The translations under genes and the position numbers were made by a program. Shown piece after piece: positions 49,001 through 60,249 of a stretch of DNA of 63,148 nucleotides. The DNA comes from Nemertoderma westbladi (lineage: Eukaryota; Animalia; Xenacoelomorpha). The DNA is taken from the NCBI GenBank assembly GCA_032718475.1, contig JAUCBJ010003072.1, positions 1 to 63,148 of the forward strand, written 5' to 3'. Under the pieces are notes generated by a model. That model did no database searches, had not been told where the DNA came from, and saw only the letters and a program-made list of their open reading frames with translations. Each line of letters starts with the position of its first letter. Position 1 is the stretch's first letter.

Positions 49001-51121
49001 TTCCAACATCTCTATAACGCCCACTGAGTACCACACCAAACACAATTATAGAGTTCCAACATCTCTATAACGCCCACTGAGTATACCACTCCAAACACAA
49101 TTATTGAGTTCCAACATCTCTATAACGCCCACTGAGTACCACACCAAACACAACTATTGAGATCCAACATCTCTATAACGCCCACTGATTACTACTCCAA
49201 ACAGAATTATTGAGTTCCAACATCTCTATAACGCCCACTGATTACCACACCAAACACAATTATTGAGTTCTAACATCTCTATAACGCCCACTGAGTATAC
49301 CACACCAAACACAATTATTGAGTTCCAACATCTCTATAACGCCCACTGATTACCTCTCCAATCACAACTATTGAGTTCCAACATCTCTTTAACGCCCACT
49401 GAGTACCACACCAAACACAATTATTGAGTTCTAACATCTCTATAACGCCCACTGAGTATACCACACCAAACACAATTATTGAGTTCCAACATCTCTATAA
49501 CGCCCACTGATTACCTCTCCAATCACAACTATTGAGTTCCAACATCTCTATAACGCCCACTGAGTACCACACCAAACACAATTATTGAGTTCCAACATCT
49601 CTATAACGCCCACTGAGTACCACACCAAACACAATTATTGAGTTCCAACATCTCTATAACGCCCACTGAGTACCACACCAAACACAATTATTGAGTTCCA
49701 ACATCTCTATAACGCCCTCTGAGTACCACACCAAACACAATTATTGAGTTCCAACATCTCTATAACGCCCACTGATTACCACTCCAATCACAATTATTGA
49801 AATTATTGAGTTCCAACATCTCTATAACGCCCACTGAGTACCACACCAAACACAATTATTGAGTTCTAACATCTCTATAACGCCCACTGATTACCTCTCC
49901 AATCACAACTATTGAGTTCCAACATCTCTTTAACGCCCACTGAGTACCACACCAAACACAATTATTGAGTTCTAACATCTCTATAACGCCCACTGAGTAT
50001 ACCACACCAAACACAATTATTGAGTTCCAACATCTCTATAACGCCCACTGATTACCTCTCCAATCACAACTATTGAGTTCCAACATCTCTATAACGCCCA
50101 CTGAGTACCACACCAAACACAATTATTGAGTTCCAACATCTCTATAACGCCCACTGAGTACCACTCCAAACACAATCATTGAGTTCCAACATCTCTATAA
50201 CGCCCACTGAGTACCACACCAAACACAATTATAGAGTTCCAACATCTCTATAACGCCCACTGAGTATACCACTCCAAACACAATTATTGAGTTCCAACAT
50301 CTCTATAACGCCCACTGAGTACCACACCAAACACAACTATTGAGATCCAACATCTCTATAACGCCCACTGATTACTACTCCAAACAGAATTATTGAGTTC
50401 CAACATCTCTATAACGCCCACTGATTACCACACCAAACACAATTATTGAGTTCTAACATCTCTATAACGCCCACTGAGTATACCACTCCAAACACAATTA
50501 TTGAGTTCCAACATCTCTATAACGCCCACTGAGTACCACACCAAACACAATTATTTAGTTCCCATATCTCTATAACGCCCACTGAGTACCACACCAAACA
50601 CAATTATTGAGTACCAACATCTCTATAACGCCCACTGAGTACCACACCAAACACAATTATTGAGTTCCAACATCTCTATAACGCCCACTGAGTACCACAC
50701 CAAACACAATTATTGAGTTCCAACACCTCTATAACGCCCACTGAGTACCACACCAAACACAATTATTGAGTACCAACATCTCTATAACGCCCACTGAGTA
50801 CCACACCAAACACAATTATTGAGTTCCAACATCTCTATAACGCCCACTGAGTACCACACCAAACACAATTATTGAGTTCCAACATCTCTATAACGCCCAC
50901 TGAGTACCACACCAAACACAATTATTGAGTTCCAACATCTCTATAACGCCCTCTGAGTACCACACCAAACACAATTATTGAGTTCCAACATCTCTATAAC
51001 GCCCACTGATTACCACTCCAATCACAATTATTGAAATTATTGAGTTCCAACATCTCTATAACGCCCACTGAGTACCACACCAAACACAATTATTTAGATC
51101 CAACATCTCTATAACGCCCAC
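40091..51121. repeat. Satellite D (53-bp unit, ~11 kb, ~200 copies) with higher-order structure
   Basis: ATTGAGTTCCAACATCTCTATAACGCCCACTGAGTACCACACCAAACACAATT tandem copies. Identical ORFs are offset by 3386 bp (41655/45041, 42029/45415, 43842/47228). Confidence 0.98.
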
Positions 51122-53880
51122 CTTAGTATTAACCACATAGGCATCAGGTACTATCGTAGTATTAACCACCTAGCCATCAGGTACTACCGTAGTATTAACC
51201 GCCTAGGCAACTGGTACTAATTAGCAACAACAGTCTAGCTGTATATACTTACTATTTATTTTGTTTCATTGCTTTGGTTAAAATAACGTGCTACTGGAAC
51301 CTGCTCCTATCCCTAAATTCATAATTTCGATCAGCATATTAACTCTTGAACATTGCAATTTTGTATGTATAAAAATAAAATAGTACCTAATTACAAATAG
51401 TCATTTTAAACTCACCAAATATACTGTAGATTCTCGATTGAATATGTGTGTTCGTGAGAGTAAAATCAATCCATAAACGACGTCGGATTAAATCTGTAAA
51501 ATTAAGATAATGATAAAGTTTTTGCAGTGCGAGTAAATATCAAATAATACTTGAAATTGAAATTGTTTAGTTTAATGACATATTCGTTAAAGGTAATAAA
51601 GTTAAACACTAATTGAATTTCATCATTAAAATTTGCACTCAGCCGTGCAAGATAAAAAGCGCCGTCAAAGATATGTGCTGTGTGAATAATATTTAAATAA
51701 AATAAAATAAAATTTTAAATTGACAAACTGAACATAAATAAATATTAACTGAATTAATGGTAAAATTGAATACACTCTTCAATTTATTTCCAACAACATA
51801 CATAAACTATAAACATATGACAATCAAACGAAATAAAACCGCAATATTTTAAAATATATGTACTAAATAATTTATTTATTTCAACTATACTGTACGTTTT
51901 ATCAAGTAATAAAGTGTGCTAATTAGAATTAGGAAAAATAAAATGATTTATTTATTTGGTGACAGTGGAAGGCTGGATATTGACATAATTAAATGTGTTT
52001 TTGCAATAACTGCTGCAGTGCAGTGGTTAGTACCGGTATAGTTTATATTTATTTACATTTTAATTATCATTTAGATGTTCCATTTGTATATTTAATAGTT
52101 ATGCAAAAGTAATAATTCCAAACTAATTTTGGGCTGGATGCAAAATAATTAATGAGGTGGTACAAGATTCCGCGTCGAAGGTTACAAAAAGTCAAAGGTT
52201 ACAACGTGTCCAAGGTAACAAAATTGCTCTTTCGAAAATGGCATGTCAAAGGTTACAAAATACTTAGTCGAAAATTACCATAAGCGAGTCAAAGGTTACA
52301 CCATTCAATTACATTACCCCAAAGTTTTGGAAGAAGTATTTGTTGGTAATTCATGTCAATGGTTACAAATTACGAGTAAATGTAATTATTAATTATAGGA
52401 TATTAATTTTCACAATATTTACATTGGACCCGAGTAAGAGTGCAATTGAGGGGCGTGGGTGAGGGAATACTGCTTCAACCAAAAATTAGAATTACGTCAT
52501 TAGGTGCTTCTTAATTTAATTCAAAACAACTTTTAAATGATAATATTACTACATATACTTGCTTGCTACATACTTAACTGCTGAAATTTAGAGCCTAAAA
52601 ATTCCTATCCCACACTGTGTCACTGGCAACATTCAGTTCCTAGATACGTGTAACATTGTACTGGTGCGCCCCTTTGAATAATTTTTAAACACCCAATCCC
52701 CTCTCTGAAACAACAACAATAACCCACCCGCAACAATTAAATTAAACAACGTGTATCCATCCAAGCAAGCTGAAGTTTGTTAGCTATTCTTTAACATACT
52801 TAAGGAATGGTAATCATGAATGAAAGTTCATCAGGAATGATGAAGTTCATCATAAGGGGTTCATCATAAATAAAGTCTGCAATAATAATGCAAACTACGA
52901 ATACGTAGGTGATATTTAGTAGTAGGTTTATTGTCAAAATTACATTCAAATAAAATGTGGCAGAAACTAATTATAAATTTCAGCAGACACTTTAGATATC
53001 AAAAACTTTAAATAATATTGGCAAAAATACCCTGTTAATTTTACATACAGTAATGCATGAATGTGTTTTAATAATGTTTCAAAGTATCAACTAACAGGCA
53101 GACAGGTGGTAAAAGTACAGAGTGCGCAACAATACAATAATGGTGATATGCCTAGGCTAATATAAGCGCAAAACACTTGTCTATGCTTGTGCGTGGCATA
53201 ACAATGTATAGGTGCGCGTGCGCCCCATGCTGATTATATAAAAGCACCCCTCCCAATGAAACAAGACCTAGCGATGTCTCTCACAATCACTTATTAACAG
53301 TGGAAACATTAGGCCTAGATTTCTTGAAATGTAAACTTATATACAAAAACTATATTTACAAAACATAAGCCTAATAAAAATTGAATCTAAATTCTAAATT
53401 GAATAAAATGAATAAAATTGTTGTTAATTGAAATAGTAGATTCACTATATTGAATTGCAGGCCTAAATGCTAGAGAAGCTATGCCTAAAACTAAGTCTAT
53501 CTATATCGTGCTGATTTAAAGTTAATTCTAATTTCGACACAAATTACGCCTAAAGTAGATCTACTACGGTACAGTACAAATACCTGACATGGTAATGGAA
53601 ACGATAACTAACCTTTCTGCCTTTTGCATTTCGTTTGACTTTGAGTTGAATCAGGAGATAATCGAGGAATAGCAATGATAAAAATATCAAAATGATAAAA
53701 ACAAGGAAATATAATTAAACAATAACAAAATTGAACAATTTCGATAATAAAACTAAACACTTATTAGACGAAATAGCCTAATAAATACAATGCAATTGAA
53801 ACTGAGAGACTTTGAATGTTAATATAAAACGCTGAAAAGTAATAATGCCTTTATGTCATTGCTAAGTCTTAAAAACTAAA

Positions 53881-53942
53881 TAGCCAATAGCGATCCTTAA
53901 AGGAGATGCACCATTGGCTACCCAGGATGGCAACCAATCACA
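53881..53942. promoter_or_regulatory. Cluster of three CCAAT boxes, candidate promoter
   Basis: CCAAT 53884, ATTGG 53913 and CCAAT 53934 within 60 bp. Confidence 0.35.
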
Positions 53943-56900
53943 TTGTTTCTCCACTTTTCAGTCCTCACTCAATTCCCTGAAACACCGACAAAGGAAAGTG
54001 GTGTGCCATGAAGTCTGGAAAACCGGGTTTGGGAAATGGCCTCCTCTGGTTTGAGCTGTCAATAACATTACTGAAGTTATTTGATCCAGAGCCGACCAGA
54101 TACTTTGCATTCCAGGAATGTTGTTTTGTACTTTGCCGCAATACCGCTTAGGAGCGATTGAATCAGCGGGGTTCAACAGGGCACGCCATATTTATTGGCT
54201 AGAAATACTAATAATACATCTTATATAAATTTAATATATAAATTATACCCATTTCCGTAGAATGCTGGACTGGTATTATTATCTATATCATTTGTGTTTC
54301 TTTTGATTTCTAACAAAATGTATGATGACAGATGGTGCGTTTTTTTTGTCTCTAATCAAAACACTAATGTATGAGAAATATAGGACACATAGTTTGACAA
54401 AGATATTTTATTCAGTGTTATTATGGCCGTTATTAAGTAAACAAAATTAGAAGTGGCTTCTGACCTATTAACCGGACCGTCTAAATACCGTATTGAAGCT
54501 TATATTTGATTTATATTTTACTTGTGTATTATTGACCGGACCCTAATTACCACAATTAAGTAATATCCATAATCTTGTAATATGTTAACTTTCGTTTATT
54601 GTTTTGGTTCCCCCAACACGCCTCTGTAATCTGCTAATTACAAACCTGCTGTTTTAAATGGCAATGGATCCGGTCAATGGGTATGGTCAATGCGTCCCGT
54701 CAACGGATCCGGTCAATTGAGCAATGGGTTCGGTCAGTAGCCTTTGTCAATAAAAGTATGTGACACGATGGATATGCTAAGAAATTTAGTTATTGTGAAA
54801 GTTTTTTTAGTTTTCCCTCGTATTCCCTGACTGAATATTCCTGGAAAAGTGAGCACGAAATAGTATTTAATGAAAGCAACACTTACTATAGATAGGAATC
54901 CGACTATAAGAAGTCAAGTAATTATTAATTATAAAATTAATTAATCTCATAGTTCAACAACTAAATCTCAAAAGAACAACCTCCCCCGACGGGTAGCAGC
55001 AATTACTATATAGCTTCAAGCCGATATGCCCTAAAAGTGCACACCTGTCTATTTATGAAAGTATGTCCTGCGCTGCCTTTTGTCGTTTATCTGTCATTTT
55101 TATTTCTGTACATACACTGTAGATAATACAAGTCAAAGGTGATTAAAAGCACTACCATTGCGAGTTCAAAAAAACATTATTCTCTGTGCGAACTGGCGTG
55201 TTGATAGGTAATAATTATATTTTCTCATTTTATTTCATGTGTTGTACACATCACCTTCGTAGGCCTACTACATGACAAGGCATTAGGGACCGTAGCATTA
55301 ATAGCCTAGCAATTAAATTGGTACTATACCTAGAGGCAGCTGGTACTACAATATACATTGGTAATAATTCTAACGAATTATACAAAATAAAATAATTTTT
55401 TGGTTGTTTTTGGGTTATGGTGCGTTGGTCAGGCCAAATCTATAATTAAAAGTCTCATGTAACTCTAACCTTGAGAGTCATGAGGATCTATATAAAGTGA
55501 TTGGTACTTCAAATAATGTAGCTATTGCGTCTGATGATTACTTTGGTGGTTTTTATTTATTATAGTTTAGATATTAGTAATGGAAGTTTTCTTGCCGAGA
55601 ATTTTTTTGTTTTCCTTTGTTTTAATTCTCGTGGTGCTGAATTCATTGTATAATCTTTGCAGATATCGGCAGACATTCGAGGCAATCAAAATTTATGACA
55701 ACAGGACAGTGTGTTCCCGGGCGTTGTGTACCCGGACAGTAAGTTACCAGACATTATGTTCCAGGACAATATGTTCCCAGAAAATACAAAAAATGTGGGA
55801 ACATACTGTCCGCCAGTCAGAATGTAAACATAAAGTGTTACAGATAATTATATATTATTACATAGTAAATAAAATGTATAATATATAATATTGAAATTGC
55901 AATGTATCATAAATTAAGTAAAACTTGATGTTAGGAATTTACTAGCAAAAACATAATTAATATTAAATTAATAATACATAATTTTCCTTCGCCCAACGAT
56001 ATACACACTGACATAAATGAAAGAAGCACGAAAGAAGTGTAAAATCTGGAAAGATATTAAGTAGGGCATTCTGTGATGCGACAGTCAACATGAACTATAT
56101 CAGCATATATATTGCAATAATTCGAAAAACATACTGTTTTGTTTTGTGTCCTTAACCTAGAGTTGTTTCTGTTTTCTGTTCAGAGAAACATTAGACAAGC
56201 GGCAACGATTCGCGCGTTTAACTTTGTACATGGGATGTAAACCTGTGTAAAGAGCTTCGGGGAAAGATTGTTTCGGGGAATCCCAACAAATTATATTATA
56301 GATACCAGCTGACACATAGGTGCGTGGGCCATACCTATTGAATTAATATACATTCAGGGCAGAGACCCCCCAGGGTTCAAATATTGATGTGGCGCCGTTT
56401 GTCTGACTATGCAGCTCCCAAAGGCACTATAAACATTCTTTCCCTCCAGTTAGTTACAATACGCCCATCCATGTTAATGGAGACATACGTCTAGCACCTT
56501 CAAACCACCTAAAATTAAACCCTCCCTCAAATTAATAGGTCTCTTTCTCTATGGAATGTAGTTCCTATCGGTAGATGAATTTGATTCCAACTTATATGTA
56601 ATTATATTTCTGAAACGTAAATATAGTGATTACTTTTAAGAAATCACTTTATTTAGTATTACTGTGATCTGATATATTTTAGTGATTACTTAAGTATACC
56701 GTAAGTATTACTTTACTTAATGTATATTACACTCATTGTCTGGGCGGCATGTTTTCTATTTTGGTTTCGAATATTCTATCCGAAGCATATTATTGTTATA
56801 TAGGGCCTACATCACAAATTAATGAATAATACATGAAAGTAATATTAGTGAACAATAATTGTCAATTAACTTGTATTTTGTATGTAAACGGCAATACAAC

Positions 56901-57601
56901 AAAGACAAACTGTAAGCGGAAACCAATAAAGTGGATACTTAGATACAACTAAAATGACTTCAAATTTATTAATAATTATAATATGAATAAAATAAATAAT
57001 AATTAATATATTAGTGTTTCCTAAGGCAGCTATAATATCATGGTGAATTGGGATTGACTTCATTGTTACTACCCAGTTGTATCATATAGTTATAAATTAT
57101 CCCTATGCCATATTAATTTATTATAAGTTAAAGAGACATTAGCTCAGGGTGGTTAACCCCTATCCCACCAGTGGGTACAGATTTACAAACTTCAACCGAA
57201 TATATTTAGGAAGTTTGCTGACTGTGGACCCTGTCTCATATTACTGGCATATTTGGCCCTTAAAAGGGCCGTTTGGGTTTAACAAGGCCTATCTTCAAAT
57301 TAGGAACATATTTGTTATTACAGTATTTTAATGGATATAATAATATAACAATTTAAATGTAATTCCCTTTTTTATTATTTTTTTATTTTTTTTTATTTTT
57401 TATTACAATATATAATGCCATACATACAATTAAATAAAAATACTGATCATCAAAACAGGTTAATATTGCCAAGTCCCATTATATCGGAACCTCAACATAA
57501 ACCAATAGAAAGTTAAATAGATTACAATTGTTTTTTCTTTTCGTTTTGTTTTATTTTTTTTTGTTCTTTATTGTTTAATGGAAATTATGTGAATCAAAAC
57601 T

Positions 57602-58306
57602 TCAAAGGATAGCGAGATGCAGTACTTGTTTTAGGGCATAGTAAAACTTAGCCTGAGATTTACTATTGAGATGGATCCCATCTCTCTGTAATACAGTTGT
57701 GGTATCTTCGGGTTCGACTAAGCCCTTTACTGCCAGACTAGAACCGTAATTGGTTTCATTCAGCCAAGAACGCATTTCTTTGTTTACGGCCAAACGATCG
57801 GCAGAATATGAAGCGGAGGTTCGGCATCTTATACGAGGAAATAGTTCAACCCAGAGGATTTTGGAACTAGTGGCATCATGAAAGTTGAATATTTCTGTTT
57901 TTAGCGCATTTGTAACATCAGTAACGGAATTGGAACATAAATCGTTCCCCCCCAGAGATACTATTGTGAGGCAAGGCTGCTTGCCAGGTTGTGCAAAACT
58001 AGAAATTAGTTCGGGAAATTCTTTTACAGTTGGTATATATTGTCGTGCTGGAGGATGGTACACGATGCGGCCGGATTTATGAAGACCCAAATCGTCGATA
58101 TAGGTACCCTGTTCCTTGTTATAATGGAATTTAGCGTTATCGTTATTGCCCATGAATTCCCGTAGCAATCTTTTTGTGTGCGAGTCGCCAGTAAATAATA
58201 TTTTTTTGTTTTCAAGCTCTTCCTCTGTGCACTTAATATTTTGTGCATTTACCCACGCTACATTATGACAACCCAAATCCCGCTTCCATTCTCGTGAGTG
58301 TGGCAT
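57602..58306 (-). CDS. SGNH/GDSL hydrolase-family esterase, intronless
   Basis: Blocks ILFTGDSHTKRL, IVSLGGNDLC and RDGIHLN give the Ser-Asn-Asp-His catalytic set. First ATG is at 58306; the ORF is open to 58357. Confidence 0.88.
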   Translation of the reverse strand: MPHSREWKRDLGCHNVAWVNAQNIKCTEEELENKKILFTGDSHTKRLLREFMGNNDNAKFHYNKEQGTYIDDLGLHKSGRIVYHPPARQYIPTVKEFPELISSFAQPGKQPCLTIVSLGGNDLCSNSVTDVTNALKTEIFNFHDATSSKILWVELFPRIRCRTSASYSADRLAVNKEMRSWLNETNYGSSLAVKGLVEPEDTTTVLQRDGIHLNSKSQAKFYYALKQVLHLAIL

Positions 58307-58435
58307 GATTCTTATTTGTAGTGGTTCTGTTGTGTTGGAAATAATGTTGTAACACAATTTTAAGTTTGTTCCTATCGGATAGTATCAGCGAGTGTTATGA
58401 AATCATTAATCTGTGATGTTGATCGTTTTCAATAC

Positions 58436-58545
58436 CTTTATAAAGACGGCAGCTCATACCCTCTTCGTTACGTAACATTATCCTTTTAACCAATCAGGGA
58501 ATGCTAATGGCATTCTTATTCATCCAAATGACGCTAGCATCCAAT
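58436..58545 (-). promoter_or_regulatory. Compact Pol II promoter for the SGNH gene
   Basis: CTTTATAAAG TATA-like box (58436-58445), palindromic GTTACGTAAC bZIP site (58467-58476), CCAAT boxes at 58490 and 58541. Confidence 0.5.
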
Positions 58546-59117
58546 CAAATAATCGTGTGCTTGTTTGATTGAGATGTGGGGTAGAGCTATGTTTGTTCGC
58601 ATGTCCGGCTAGTTTGAAAAATTCTGTACCAAAACATTAAGGTTAAGGTTAAGGAGGAAGGTTCGGGTTGCTGATATTCGAGTGCACGCTGTCCCTGAAA
58701 CATAATAACATGTACACAATTGTACCTATAAGGGAAATAAATAACTATTCATAAAGTCTATAATAAATTGGGTCAAAGGTCCGAATAGGGCGAAGTTCCA
58801 AAACTGGCCATTTGGGTCTTTTTGGGACATTCTTCCTGTTCGGACCATCGTCACATTCGGACCTTCGTCCTAGATGTGTGGGCCCTTCGTTTACGGTCAA
58901 GAACTGTAGTTTATAGTGTGGAAACACCTTTTAGAATAAATAAAACACCAATACAATTCAACCTTTTGGGACATTCCGTTTATGTGTGGAAATCTTTCTT
59001 CGATGGTGTAGGCCTTTCTTCGAGTATTATCATAATGACGTAATTAAATTGGTTTAAATACATTAACATTTATAAATTTATAAAGAAAGTCGCGTGCCCA
59101 GGTCACCGGGGGAAACA

Positions 59118-59326
59118 TAATAATAATAAGGTTTGTTAGGAGGATCTGTTGCTGGTGCTATTTGTAGTAGTTTAGTTTCCCAGTAGGTAGCCAGCATTCC
59201 GTCTGCCCTGATGAAGGCCTGTTAGTATATTATAATTAATTTTAATTATACATTGGTTGAAATATCGGCAACTCTACCTTTTTTGATCACCAGCAACAGA
59301 TCCCCTAACAAACCTTATTATTATTA
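59118..59326. mobile_element. Short element with ~40-bp inverted repeats, possible Penelope-like pseudo-LTR remnant
   Basis: TAATAATAATAAGGTTTGTTAGGAGGATCTGTTGCTGGTG (59118-59157) pairs with 59288-59326 with one indel and encloses a hammerhead motif. Confidence 0.6.
59204..59270 (+). ncRNA. Minimal type I hammerhead ribozyme-like motif
   Basis: Stem I TGCC/GGCA, core CTGATGA (59208-59214), stem II GGCC/GGTT with AT hairpin loop, GAAA (59259-59262), palindromic loopless stem III ATAT, cleavage triplet ATC (C59266). Confidence 0.55.
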
Positions 59327-60249
59327 CATTTATAAATTAATTAGATGCAATAATAGCCTAAACGCATTCAATAAAATAACGACAAGGTCAATAACTAGTA
59401 TGTCACACTTCACCCCCCCCCCCCCCCCCCCCTTATTTGTGGAAGACAAAGTTTCCATGGGTCAAAGGCAACAAACATTTTTATTTGTTTATCATCCCAT
59501 GACGAAGGTCCGAATGACCAGGACGAAGGTCCGAAATTATCTGGAAATCTTTCTCACAGCTTCATGTGAATTGTAACTCATGCAAACATGGTTAATGAAA
59601 CTCTCTTGCTTGCTTTGCTTTTGCTTATTGTCCAACGTATTAACGAAATTTAATTTTCATTTAAGTTAAGCCTTCATACCAAGTAGAGCAAGCATAGTCT
59701 ATGTGATACTGTATTTACTTTATTAAAGATTAGCAAATCTTGCGAGATCTGGAAAGATTCCGTGTTTAAATCGATATTTTTCACCTACTTTCTCGAAGCA
59801 GTTATCTAAAACAGCGCCTAAATATCTAACTTCTTCTATCTTATGGCGTTGCGAATAAATTTAAAGGAATGCGAACAATTCCGAACGTTAGAGGACGTCC
59901 ATAAGTTACGTAACAGCAATTTGTAAAATTTTTCACTCCGTCGACCCCCCCCCCCCCCCCCCCCATACCCCCTTAAAACTAAAATATGTGCAGTACTTAT
60001 TATTGACCTATAATAATGTAAGTCTGATTCAGACATCTGGTGCTGGAGATAACTGGAGCAGACACCTGTTGCAGCGTTAATGTCCCGGCTCTCACACTGC
60101 GATGCCCAGTAGGCATATACCATAAAGTTGCTTCTACAAAGGGACTATGAAAGTACTTAATGTGTAATGTATTTCAGTTAGCGGTCTGTGTAGCTGTCTG
60201 CTTAACATTTACACCCTGTAAAATTAACAAATTGAAGTACTGTAATACA

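Noticed and set aside
40091-51121. CRISPR-like regular array
   Set aside because: Whole monomers repeat with no unique spacers, no cas genes, and a eukaryotic context.
53958-54176. 72-aa ORF or a CFAP95 downstream exon
   Set aside because: No recognisable motifs, and the plus-strand frames contain stops and do not match CFAP95.
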